Below are positions 9,850 to 18,969 of a DNA stretch of 64,000 nt, piece after piece; positions within the stretch are counted from its first letter, which is position 1; each line of letters opens with the position of its first letter. Position numbers and translations under genes: made by a program. Under the pieces are notes generated by a model, which was not told where the DNA came from, made no database searches, and worked only from the letters and a program-made list of their open reading frames with translations. Origin of the DNA: an uncultured delta proteobacterium (GTDB lineage: Bacteria; Myxococcota_A; Polyangia; Fen-1088); contig CAVYGB010000001.1 in NCBI GenBank assembly GCA_963767925.1, positions 160,001-224,000 on the forward strand. The letters run 5' to 3'.

Positions 9850-10860
9850 CTACCCCAACCCCCTTGCGCGCCCCATGGCGATCCGCGCGGAGGTTGTCTC
9901 GTTGATGGCGCGCAGCAGGGAGCTGCCGTCGGCGGTGTCCTGGGTGATCTCCCAGATCATGACGCCGCTGCCCCGATCGAGGGCCAGGGCCGTCTTGCGC
10001 CGGATGGTCGAGAGGCCGTTGTAGTGCACGCCGCCGACCTCGTCCTTCTGGGGGGCGGCGGGGTCCTGGCTCACGAGCTGGCGGTAGGTCCGCTGCGGCA
10101 GCTTGCCGTAAAAGGGGAGGCCGAGGACCAGCTTGTCGCGGGGGAGGCCGCGCTGGCTCCAGTAGTCCAGGCAGGTGACGGCGTAGTCGTAGGTCGAGTG
10201 GGGACGCTGGCCCTGGTCGTCGTTGTCGTAGGCCATGATGTTGATGAAGTCGCTGCAGGCGAAGACCTCGGGCAGGACGCCGGCGCCCTGCGCGCCGTCG
10301 CCGACGACCGCCGCGGTCAGCAGCCGCTGCGGTCCCAGGCGGGCGCGCAGCTCTTTCATCAAGGTGACGTTGTGGCGGGCCGACTCGCCCGCGTCGGGGT
10401 ACTCCCAGTCCATGTCCACGCCGTCGATGCCGTGTTGCTCGACAAGGGCGCCGAGCGCCTCCACGAACACCGCCCGGGCGGCGGGGTTGGCGGCCAGGAC
10501 CTCGAAGGCGCTGTCGTCGCCGCCGTGCCAGCCGCCCACCGAGAGGGCCACCTTGACCCCGTGGGCCCGGGCCCCGCGCACGATGGCCGCCAGGCGATCG
10601 GGGTGGGGGAGGGGGCGCAGCCGCCCGTCGGGCTCGGGGAAGGCGAAGGCGTAGTTGATGTGGGTCAGCTCGCGGTAGCGCACCCCCTCGGGCGCGACCC
10701 ACGACGGGAAGTAGCCGATCACCCGGAACGCCCGCTCCGCCGCCGGCAGCGGCGCGGGCCCGGCCGGCGCCCCGGCACCGCCGCCCCGGCCGGCGCAAGC
10801 GGCGCCCAGGGGGAGCAGCCCCAACCCACCGATCACCTTGCGCCGATCTGGTCCGCTCAT
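9850..10860 (-). CDS. GH18 chitinase-family glycoside hydrolase, exported (Tat/lipoprotein-like signal)
   Basis: MSGPDRRKVIGG...GAAC; VIGYFPSW, LTHINYAF, SVGGW, DGVDMDWEYP (DxxDxDxE), IMAYD, KLVLGLPFYG, GVMIWE. Confidence 0.92.
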   Translation of the reverse strand: MSGPDRRKVIGGLGLLPLGAACAGRGGGAGAPAGPAPLPAAERAFRVIGYFPSWVAPEGVRYRELTHINYAFAFPEPDGRLRPLPHPDRLAAIVRGARAHGVKVALSVGGWHGGDDSAFEVLAANPAARAVFVEALGALVEQHGIDGVDMDWEYPDAGESARHNVTLMKELRARLGPQRLLTAAVVGDGAQGAGVLPEVFACSDFINIMAYDNDDQGQRPHSTYDYAVTCLDYWSQRGLPRDKLVLGLPFYGKLPQRTYRQLVSQDPAAPQKDEVGGVHYNGLSTIRRKTALALDRGSGVMIWEITQDTADGSSLLRAINETTSARIAMGRARGLG

Positions 10861-10871
10861 GTGCGCTCCGC

Positions 10872-12110
10872 TCAGCTCGGGAAGCCCGGCACGTTGAGCT
10901 CGATCCGGTACAGGGCCGAGGCGGTGGTGATGAACAGCGTCTTGCGGTCCGGTCCCCCGAAGGCGGCGTTGCTGACCGTGCTGCCGCCGAGCCCCATGAT
11001 CGAGCCGATCACGCGCCCGTCGGGGGCCAGCACGCGCACCGTGCCCCCGGTGGTGATGTACACGTTGCCCGCGCAGTCGATGGCCATGCCGTCGCTGCCG
11101 GCGTTCGTGAACACGGTCGGCGTGCCGACCACGCCGCCGTCCTCGTCGAGCACGAAGCGCCGCACCGGATCCCCCTCGCTGCTCGAGACGTAGAGGACGC
11201 GGCCGTCGGGGGCCAGGGCGATGCCGTTGGGCTGCGGGCCGGCGCCCAGCCGGGTGATCTGCCCGGCGGGGGAGTAGCGGTAATAGGCGGTGGTCTCCTG
11301 GCCGGGGCGGCCGTCCTGGCGGTAGTTGGTGTCGGTGAAGTAGATGTTCCCGTCGCTGCGGACCACGAGGTCGTTGGTCTGGTTGAAGGGCTTGCCGTTG
11401 TAGACGTTCGTCCCGGGGATGCTGCTGCGGGCGGCGGTGCCCGGATTGAACTGGGTCAGGTTGCGGCTGTCGAACGAGGCGGCCACGATGGCCCCCATCG
11501 GGCTGAGCGCCAGCCCGGCCACGTCGACGCCCATGGCGAAGGTGCTGAAGGTGCTGGTGGCGGGCACATATTTGTCGATGCGGCCCATGCCGGGGACGCC
11601 CGAGACCACGCAGAAGACCAGCGCGTCCTGCTCGGCCAGCCACAGGGGGCCCTCGAGCGAGCCGGCGTTGGCCTTGATCAGCGTGGCGGTGCGGTTGGCC
11701 GGCAGCGGATCGCCGAACGGCCCCGCCGGGCAGGAGTAGCCGGTGGGCGGGATGGCCCGGGCGGGCGCACCCACGTCGGCCGCCGCGGGCCGGTCGGCTC
11801 CTCGCCCCGCGTCTGCGGGCCGCGCGCCGGCGTCGGGTGCGCGCCCGTCGCGCCGGCCGGCGTCGACCCGCGGCGCCCCGCCGCTGCCGCCCGCGCCCGG
11901 TGCCCCCGCGCTGCCGCCCGTGCCACCGGGAGGCTGGGGTGCGGCGGGTCCGCCGGCCGCGCCGCCGGTGCCTGCCGGGGCGGGCGCGGCGCCGCTGTTA
12001 CCGCCGGTCGGCGCCGGCGGTCGACCGTTGTCGACCTGCTTGGGCTCGAAGCCGCAGGAGACGAGCAGGCTCGCGCCCGCGAGCAACAAACCGATCCGGG
12101 ATCCGCACAT
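10872..12110 (-). CDS. SMP-30/gluconolactonase/LRE family lipoprotein
   Basis: Lipobox LVSC; G/P linker; EGPLW, NDLVVRSDGNIYFTD, PNGIALAPDG, SDGMAIDCAGNVY, SNAAFGGPDRKTLFIT. Confidence 0.92.
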   Translation of the reverse strand: MCGSRIGLLLAGASLLVSCGFEPKQVDNGRPPAPTGGNSGAAPAPAGTGGAAGGPAAPQPPGGTGGSAGAPGAGGSGGAPRVDAGRRDGRAPDAGARPADAGRGADRPAAADVGAPARAIPPTGYSCPAGPFGDPLPANRTATLIKANAGSLEGPLWLAEQDALVFCVVSGVPGMGRIDKYVPATSTFSTFAMGVDVAGLALSPMGAIVAASFDSRNLTQFNPGTAARSSIPGTNVYNGKPFNQTNDLVVRSDGNIYFTDTNYRQDGRPGQETTAYYRYSPAGQITRLGAGPQPNGIALAPDGRVLYVSSSEGDPVRRFVLDEDGGVVGTPTVFTNAGSDGMAIDCAGNVYITTGGTVRVLAPDGRVIGSIMGLGGSTVSNAAFGGPDRKTLFITTASALYRIELNVPGFPS

Positions 12111-12171
12111 GACGGCCGACTCTAGCCGACCCGCGCCGAGCGTTTTCCGGCGAATCCGCCGTCAATCTCGC

Positions 12172-12915
12172 TCACGCCGCCGCGACGGGCCGGGGGCGAG
12201 GGGCGGGCGGGGGCACCAGGAAGGGGGTGAGGAAGACCTCCGCCTCGGCGAGGGTATGCGGCAAGGTGGCGGTGAGATCGTGCACGTCGGGCAGCTCGAG
12301 CAGGCGCACGTGGCGGCGGGGCTCGGCGAAGGCGCGCGAGAGGGCGACGTCGACGGTGGCGTCGTAGACGCCGTGGACGACGAGGGTGGGGACCCGGACG
12401 TCGGGCCAGCCGCCGTCGCCGGCGTCGTGGGCCGCGAGGTCCTCGAGGAAGCCGTGGTCGACGCGGCCCTTGCCGCGGGTGACGTAGTCGTCGACCTCCA
12501 GCCAGCCGCTGTCGCGCCAGGCGGCGATCGCGGCCTCGCCCATGCGCGCGCGCCAGCGCTCGGCGGCGCAGAAGGCGGGGGCCAGCAGCACCAGCGCGCA
12601 CACGCGCGCGTCCAGCGCGGCGACGCGGGCGGCGGTGAGGCCGCCGAGGCTCGAGCCCAGCAGCACCGCGCGATCGCGTTCGCCCCCGATGGCCCGCCGC
12701 GTGGCCGCGATGCCCGCCGAGAGCCGCAGGTGCTCGAGCGACGGCAGGCGCAGGTCGAGCCGGTCGATCGCGAGCCCCAGCCGCGCGAAGTGCGCCGCGA
12801 AGGCGAGGCCCTTTGTCGATCCCGGGCCGGAGGCGAAGCCGTGCAGGTACAGGAAGCGCGGCGCCGTCGGTCGGGCCGGTGCGACAGGCGCGGCGTGCGG
12901 ATCGTCGGGTGCCAC
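12172..12915 (-). CDS. YqiA/YcfP (UPF0227) alpha/beta hydrolase
   Basis: LYLHGFASGPGSTK, GSSLGG nucleophile elbow, HGVYDATV, and a C-terminal His. Start approximate. Confidence 0.85.
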   Translation of the reverse strand: MAPDDPHAAPVAPARPTAPRFLYLHGFASGPGSTKGLAFAAHFARLGLAIDRLDLRLPSLEHLRLSAGIAATRRAIGGERDRAVLLGSSLGGLTAARVAALDARVCALVLLAPAFCAAERWRARMGEAAIAAWRDSGWLEVDDYVTRGKGRVDHGFLEDLAAHDAGDGGWPDVRVPTLVVHGVYDATVDVALSRAFAEPRRHVRLLELPDVHDLTATLPHTLAEAEVFLTPFLVPPPAPRPRPVAAA

Positions 12916-12969
12916 GGAGCATCGATCATGGCCCGGAAAACCGCGGGTGGTTTGGTTAAACTCGCGGCC

Positions 12970-13614
12970 ATGGGGACCGGGTCGTGCGGAGCCGTGACGC
13001 TGGGCGCGCTGAGCCTGCTCGCCACGCTGGGGCCGGCCGGGTGCGGGAACAGCCCCCCGCCGGTCTTCGCCGACGAGGCGCGCGCCATCGCCCGGGACTA
13101 CCAGGCCTGGGGCCGGGTCGACGACGAGGTCCGCTGGGCCCCCTGGCTGTGCCGGATGCCCCTGCCGGGCATCGCCCGCCTCAGCGATTCGGCCGACACC
13201 GACACCCACGGCAAGAAGCTGTATTCGCTGTTCGCGAAGAACCGGGCCGACTATCCGAGGGGGCCCAACGTCGGACAGGTGATCGTGAAGCAGGCCTTCA
13301 CCGCCGTGCGCGCCGACGGGGTCACCTTCGATCCGGCCGCCGCCGATCGGGCTGGCACCGATCACTTCTACCCCTACGCCGAAGACGGCGGCGTCGTGTA
13401 CCGCACCGGCGACCCCGCGGGCCTGTACATCATGTTCAAGGTCGACCCCGCCACGCCCGACACCGACGCGGGCTGGGTGTACGCCACCCTCTCGGCGCGC
13501 GGCGATCTCACCGCCAGCGGCCGCATCGCTTCCTGCATCGGCTGCCACGAAAAAGCCCCCCACGATCGCCTGTTCGGGATCGACGTCGTCGCCTACGCGC
13601 CGGCGACCAAGTAG
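12970..13614 (+). CDS. Cytochrome P460-like c-type cytochrome lipoprotein
   Basis: Lipobox PAGC; GQVIVKQAF, GLYIMFK, GWVYAT, and C-terminal CIGCH followed by DRLFG. Confidence 0.7.
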   Translation: MGTGSCGAVTLGALSLLATLGPAGCGNSPPPVFADEARAIARDYQAWGRVDDEVRWAPWLCRMPLPGIARLSDSADTDTHGKKLYSLFAKNRADYPRGPNVGQVIVKQAFTAVRADGVTFDPAAADRAGTDHFYPYAEDGGVVYRTGDPAGLYIMFKVDPATPDTDAGWVYATLSARGDLTASGRIASCIGCHEKAPHDRLFGIDVVAYAPATK

Positions 13615-13665
13615 AAGCGGATCGGGCAACTGTCAGGCGGGATCCGTCTGCTACGAATTGTTGTA

Positions 13666-15726
13666 ATGAGAGTCCGCGCGACAAACGGAGATGGACGCTG
13701 GTTTGGACATGTCCAACTAGACAGTCGCGTGCTGAGCCTGGCGGGGCTTTCGAGACCCGTCGACGGTCCTGGAGCCAGGCGCAGCCGGGTTGCCGCCGGC
13801 GTGCTCGCGTTCGGTCTCGCGCTCGGCGCCGCCGCCTGCGCGGGTGGGTTCACCGAGCCGAGCGGGACGCGGCCGGCTCCGACGCCAGGCGCGCCCGGCG
13901 GCCCGTCGCCCAGCCCGACCGTTCCCGGCCAGCCGGTGCAGCCCGGGCAGCCCGCGCCGCCGATGCAGCCTGGTCAGCCCGCCCAGCCGGGTCAGCCCGC
14001 GCCGCCGCCACCCGCGCCCGGCACCCCGCCCCCCGACGGGACTCCGACGCCGCCCCCGCCGCCGATGGGCTCGCCGCCCGCGCCCGGCACGATGGAGCCG
14101 CCGCCGCCCGCGCCGGGGGTCGCCAATCCCTACACGCTGCCGCCCGCGCCGCCCTTCCCGCTGCCGCTGCCGGCCTATCTACCCACGCCCGGGCCCGCCC
14201 CCGCCGCGCCCAACGCGGTGGTCTTCGATCCTTCGCCGGGTAGCTTCGTCGGCACCCAGTCGGTGCGGCTGTCGGCCGGCGCCGGCAACGCCGTCATCCG
14301 CTTCACCGTCGACGGATCGCTGCCCACCGCCGCCTCGCCGGTCTACAGCGCGGCCATCGCCGTGCGCGACACGACGATCATCCGCGCGCTCGTCGACAGC
14401 TCCAGCGCGGGCAAGGGCCCCGTCCGGGCGGCAGTCTACCTGCGCGCCGAGAGCGACGTGGCCAGCTTCGAGTCGCGCTTGCCGATCGTCGTGCTCCACA
14501 GCCACGACGCGGGCGCCATCAACCCGGCCATCGGGACCAGCTTCGTGCAGGGCTCGGTCAGCGTGATCGAGCCCGGCGCCGACGGGCGGGCCCGCCTGGT
14601 CGGGCCGGCCACCTTCGGCAAGCGGGCCGGCCTGCGCGTCCGGGGCAACAGCTCGCGCAGCTTCGCCCAGAAGAGTTACGCCTTCGAGCTGCGCCAGGAG
14701 GGCTCCGACGACGACGACGACCGCACCGTGGGCGGTCTCCCCTCCGACTCGGACTGGAACCTCATCGCCCCCAGCCGGGCCGACCGCAGCCTGATCCGCA
14801 CCGCCCTCGGCTTCACCCTCAGCAACGAGATCCAGCGCTACGCCCCCCGCGTGCGCCTGGTCGAGGTGTTCACCGTCGAGACCGGCAAGACCGGCACCGT
14901 CGGCCAGGCCGCCTACAAGGGCGTCTACACGCTGACCGAGAAGATCAAGATCAACAAGAACCGCCTGGCGATCGCCGACGTCGACGTCAACGCGCGCACC
15001 GAACCCGGGATCACCGGCGGCTACGTCGTGCGCACCGACCACGGCGTCCCCCACTTCATCTCCGGCCAGACCCCCTTCCAGCTCGTCGAGCCCGACTGGG
15101 ACCGCCTGGCGCCCGCCGCCCAGGTCGCCCTCGGCGGCTACATCAGCGGCTACATGCAGGGCTTCTTCGACGCCGTCCGGGGCCCGGAGTTCAAGGACCC
15201 CGCCACCGGCAAGCACTACTCCGACTACATCGACGTGTTCGCCTTCATCGACCACAACCTCCTCACGGCCGTGTTCAAGAACGTCGACGCCCTGCGGTTC
15301 TCGGCCTACTACCACAAGAACCGGAGCGGCCTGCTGGCGGCAGGCCCGATCTGGGACATGGACCGCTCCTCCGGCACCCCCTTCGACGACGACTTCGGCG
15401 GCCGCGCCGCCGAGCCGCGCGAGTGGGCCCGCGCCGACGGCACCCACCCCCTGCGCCAGGGCTACTGGTCACGCCTGTTCGCCGACCCCGCCTTCCGCGA
15501 CGCCTACAACCGCCGCTTCACCGTGCTGAGCAGCGGCGCCTTCTCCCTGGCCCACATCCAGGCGCTCATCGACCACTTCGCCGCCGAAGTGCGCGAAGCC
15601 CAGGCCCGCCACTTCGCCAAGTGGACCCAATACCCCCCCACCGGCGGCGCCCACGCCAACGAGATCCAGCTCCTGAAAGACTGGTTCGCCGCCCGCCTCC
15701 CCTGGCTGACCGACCAGCTCCGGTAG
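13666..15726 (+). CDS. CotH kinase family lipoprotein with Pro-rich linker and Fn3-associated/CHB_HEX_C-like domain
   Basis: IRFTVDGSLPT; GLRVRGNSS..FAQKSYAFEL, DRSLIR, YAPR, YKGVYTLTEKIK, GPIWDMDRS. The true start may lie downstream of 13666. Confidence 0.88.
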   Translation: MRVRATNGDGRWFGHVQLDSRVLSLAGLSRPVDGPGARRSRVAAGVLAFGLALGAAACAGGFTEPSGTRPAPTPGAPGGPSPSPTVPGQPVQPGQPAPPMQPGQPAQPGQPAPPPPAPGTPPPDGTPTPPPPPMGSPPAPGTMEPPPPAPGVANPYTLPPAPPFPLPLPAYLPTPGPAPAAPNAVVFDPSPGSFVGTQSVRLSAGAGNAVIRFTVDGSLPTAASPVYSAAIAVRDTTIIRALVDSSSAGKGPVRAAVYLRAESDVASFESRLPIVVLHSHDAGAINPAIGTSFVQGSVSVIEPGADGRARLVGPATFGKRAGLRVRGNSSRSFAQKSYAFELRQEGSDDDDDRTVGGLPSDSDWNLIAPSRADRSLIRTALGFTLSNEIQRYAPRVRLVEVFTVETGKTGTVGQAAYKGVYTLTEKIKINKNRLAIADVDVNARTEPGITGGYVVRTDHGVPHFISGQTPFQLVEPDWDRLAPAAQVALGGYISGYMQGFFDAVRGPEFKDPATGKHYSDYIDVFAFIDHNLLTAVFKNVDALRFSAYYHKNRSGLLAAGPIWDMDRSSGTPFDDDFGGRAAEPREWARADGTHPLRQGYWSRLFADPAFRDAYNRRFTVLSSGAFSLAHIQALIDHFAAEVREAQARHFAKWTQYPPTGGAHANEIQLLKDWFAARLPWLTDQLR

Positions 15727-16325
15727 GCGCCGCCCCCCCCTCCCTCACCTCTCCCCTACCCAGGCGCCGCCCCCCCCCTCCCTCACCTCTCCCCTACCCA
15801 GGCGCCGCCCCCCCCCTCCCTCACCTCTCCCCTACCCGGGCGCCGCCCCCCCCTCCCTCACCTCTCCCCGCGGTCTGCCGTGGGGAGAGGTCGGCGCGTC
15901 TGCGCGCCGGGTGAGGGGCCTCCGGCGAGGCAACCGCCCCTCACCCTTCCCTCTCCCCCCGTCCGCAGACGGCCGCGGGGAGAGGGCAAACATTCAGCGG
16001 GACCTCTCCCCTACCCAGGCGCCGCCCCCCCCTCCCTCACCTCTCCCCTACCCAGGCGCCCCCCCCCTCCCTCACCTCTCCCCTACCCAGGCGCCGCCCC
16101 CCCCTCTCTCACCTCTCCCCTACCCAGGCGCCCCCCCCTCCCTCACCTCTCCCCTACCCAGGCGCCGCCCCCCCCCCTCCCTCACCTCTCCCCGCGGTCT
16201 GCCGTGGGGAGAGGTCGGCGCGTCTGCGCGCCGGGTGAGGGGCCTCCGGCGAGGCAACCGCCCCTCACCCTTCCCTCTCCCCCCGTCCGCAGACGGCCGC
16301 GGGGAGAGGGCAAACATTCAGCGGG
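15725..16325. repeat. Composite tandem array: about 9 copies of a 34-39 bp unit AGGCGC(CG)CnTCCCTCACCTCTCCCCTACCC plus two copies of a ~150 bp double-palindrome REP-like block
   Basis: Units start at about 15725, 15762, 15800, 15838, 16017, 16054, 16089, 16126 and 16160. The duplicated tails lie at about 15853-16001 and 16177-16325. Located between convergent genes. Confidence 0.9.
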
Positions 16326-16359
16326 GGGGCCTGACTGAACAGCCTTTCCGACGGCTACG

Positions 16360-17700
16360 TCAGGGCGCCGGGGGTAGCGCGACGATCAGGGTGTTCAGAC
16401 ACATCTCGTTCTGCGTCCCCCATCCGGGAACCGTGGGGGTCTGATCCCGCGAAGTGTCGTACGTGCAGGTGAGCTGGATCTCCGTATCCGGCGTCAGCCG
16501 CGGCCGGGTCCCCTCGTAGAAATAGAACTTCTGCCAGTGGAAGTTCCAGTTCTCCACCCGGGCCACGCAGTCGTCGCGGCCGCCGCTGCCGATGAAGCGC
16601 AGCTCGCTCTTGCGACCGCGCTCGTGCATGTGGGGCATCACGCCGATAACCTCGAGCGGCGGGGCCATGCCGAGGCCCAGCTCGGCCATCGACTTCTTCC
16701 AGGTGTAAGCGACCGAGGCGCGTCCGGGGGGCAACACGTCGGGCTGGGGCTTCGTGTACAGCGTCTCGAGCAGGCCGTCGGGCAGGAGGAAGACCGCCGG
16801 CCGCTCCACCTTCTCGACGTAGCGGAGGCGGACGGTGGTGCTGTCCGCCTGGCCGCGGAGCTGCGGGTTCTCCAGGTTGTAGTGGACCTGGATGACCAGG
16901 CGGTCGGTGGGGCGCTGCTGGATGCCGATGTTGCCCGGGAAGGTGACGGCGCCCTGGCCGGGCGCCCACACCACCGGAGCGGCGTTGTCCTCGATGCCGT
17001 CGCCGGCGCCGCCGAAGCAGCTCCAGCCCACCCGGTCGTCGGCCGCCTCGAGCCCGGCGATGATCTCGCCGTTGCTCTTCCCGCTGCGGGTCATGCGCGC
17101 GGGATCGACGACGAAGGCGAGCACGTGGTGCACGATGGCCGCGTTGCCGGGCAGGACCTCGTAGCCGGTGATGAAGCGATCCCCGGCCAGGGCGGTGTCG
17201 ACCTGGAAGCAGCGGTAGTCGTCGTTCTGGGCGAGCGCGTTGCCTGCGGCCACCGGGACGATGGACGGCGTCTTGTAGTCGGTGCCGTCGGTCAGGTGCT
17301 GGACCGCGGGGACCGACAGGGATGCCCTGGTGCCCTCGACCTTGTTGCCGGCCGCCCAGGCCTGCAGCTTGTCGATCTCGGCCTGGGTGAGGGCGGCCGA
17401 GTCCTCGAACTCGCCGCACGAGCCATCGTGGGTCACGAGGTAGGGGGGCATCATCTTGGCCCGGGTCATGGCGGCGATGCTCGCCGCCTTCGGCAACACC
17501 TCGCTGTAGTCGACCAGAGAGAAGGGGCCGATGCCGCCGGGCTGGTGGCAGCCCACGCATTTTTCATGGAGCAGCGGGGCCACGTCGCCCCAGTAGGTCA
17601 GGGGCGCGGTGGCGACCTCGGTCGCGGTTGAGTCGCCACAGCCGGCAGCCAGGACGAGCCCGACCAGACCGGAGGCGACGCGGGGGAAGCGCGTTTTCAT
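16360..17700 (-). CDS. Copper type II ascorbate-dependent monooxygenase-like lipoprotein with N-terminal heme c motif
   Basis: Lipobox AAGC; KCVGCHQPGGIGPFSL, DDYRCF, IVHHVL, IQVHYN, PHMH, WNFHWQ, NEMC. Confidence 0.82.
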   Translation of the reverse strand: MKTRFPRVASGLVGLVLAAGCGDSTATEVATAPLTYWGDVAPLLHEKCVGCHQPGGIGPFSLVDYSEVLPKAASIAAMTRAKMMPPYLVTHDGSCGEFEDSAALTQAEIDKLQAWAAGNKVEGTRASLSVPAVQHLTDGTDYKTPSIVPVAAGNALAQNDDYRCFQVDTALAGDRFITGYEVLPGNAAIVHHVLAFVVDPARMTRSGKSNGEIIAGLEAADDRVGWSCFGGAGDGIEDNAAPVVWAPGQGAVTFPGNIGIQQRPTDRLVIQVHYNLENPQLRGQADSTTVRLRYVEKVERPAVFLLPDGLLETLYTKPQPDVLPPGRASVAYTWKKSMAELGLGMAPPLEVIGVMPHMHERGRKSELRFIGSGGRDDCVARVENWNFHWQKFYFYEGTRPRLTPDTEIQLTCTYDTSRDQTPTVPGWGTQNEMCLNTLIVALPPAP

Positions 17701-17769
17701 GCGCGGGAGCATATTTCCCGGGTCGGGCCGGGGCGACCCGAAACGGCGATCGCTCCCGCAGCGTGGTCG

Positions 17770-18321
17770 CTAACCTGTGGCCCGCACCACCTGGGTGCCG
17801 CCCGCGAGCCGATCGTGCATACCCTGGCGCGAGGGGCTCGTCTCGATGGTCCGCACGATCCAGACCCAGGCGGCCACCGCGAGCAGCGGCCCCGCGAACG
17901 GGATGGCCCCGAGCACGGTGAACGCCTCGCGCGCCAGGGCCCGCCCGATGCTGGGGTTGCCCCCGTCAGGACCGAGCACGCGCAGCCCGAGGATCCGCTT
18001 GCCGGCGGTCGTCCCGAAGATCGAATCGAGCGCGGCGAAGTAGACCAGCACCACCAGCGCCCCGAGCAACAGCCAGTCGAAGCCGAAGCCGATCAGCTTG
18101 CCGAGCGCCAGGTCGAGGACCGCCAGCACGGCGCCGTCGATGGCCCGCGCCGCGAGGCGGATCGGGATCCCGGCCGGCACCTCCGCCACCCCATCGCCGG
18201 TAGTCTCGTCCTCGCTGTCATCGTAGAGCGCCGCCTTGCGGGGCGAGGTGGCGGGAGCAGCGGAGGTGGTGGAAGCGGCGGCCGCGGGGCCGTCGGGGGG
18301 CGGGGGCGCTGGGGTGACCAT
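17770..18321 (-). CDS. RDD family membrane protein
   Basis: GGAGGAG RBS; RLAARAIDG, GTTAGKRILGLRV, RQGMHDRLAGGTQVV. Confidence 0.9.
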   Translation of the reverse strand: MVTPAPPPPDGPAAAASTTSAAPATSPRKAALYDDSEDETTGDGVAEVPAGIPIRLAARAIDGAVLAVLDLALGKLIGFGFDWLLLGALVVLVYFAALDSIFGTTAGKRILGLRVLGPDGGNPSIGRALAREAFTVLGAIPFAGPLLAVAAWVWIVRTIETSPSRQGMHDRLAGGTQVVRATG

Positions 18322-18969
18322 GGGGCTCCTCCTGCGCGGCCGGGCAGAGCGCGCTGGTCGAATCATCATCCCGGACAACGGCATCGGGAGGGCGCCCGAA
18401 TCGACCGGGCGAACGACTTTTGCGGATGTTCCGAGTCCTCCGGGTGCGTCGCCCGTGCTCGCTATGGCACGGCACGCCCAGCGGAGTGACCCTGGGGGAG
18501 CGCCAACGCCTCACATTCGATGCTCACCTGCGACACCTGTCGCGAGTTCCTCGTGACTCGACGAAGCGGAAGGCGCTCCACCGGGCCTTCGGTGTGCACT
18601 CCCGCGCCGGGTGGCTGGCCGGTCAGGCCCGGCCGGCGCGGCAGCGCACGCACCTGCTCTCCGAGACGGCCTGACGCTAAATGCTGGAGCGAGTCAGCCC
18701 GGCCCGGCCCGCGACCAGGCGGCAACGAGGGCGCGTGCTGGGTCGAATGCGATGCACCAGGTGTGCTGGTCTGCTGCACGAAGCTGGGCCGTCGCGACGA
18801 GTAACGCGGACGGGCTTGGTTGCCCCGCGTTTTTTGCGTCTCGGGGTTGTTGCTCGGTCATTGCGGCGACGACTAGACTGCGTTCCGCCATGCTCGGCCG
18901 CCGGGCAGGGAGTTTCGGAGAGCACGGATGTCGCGTGCGGCAACGCCGGCGCAGTTGGAAGTAACCGGT

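Noticed and set aside
7757..10798. 1013-aa ORF as a single protein
   Set aside because: Only the last ~308 aa are protein-like; the rest is an off-frame read of the lactonase and GH18 genes.
15725..16325. CRISPR array
   Set aside because: The units are contiguous with no unique spacers, and there are no cas genes in the window.
18420..18900. Cys-containing ORF 18520..18804
   Set aside because: No signal peptide, RBS or recognisable motif, and weak codon bias.
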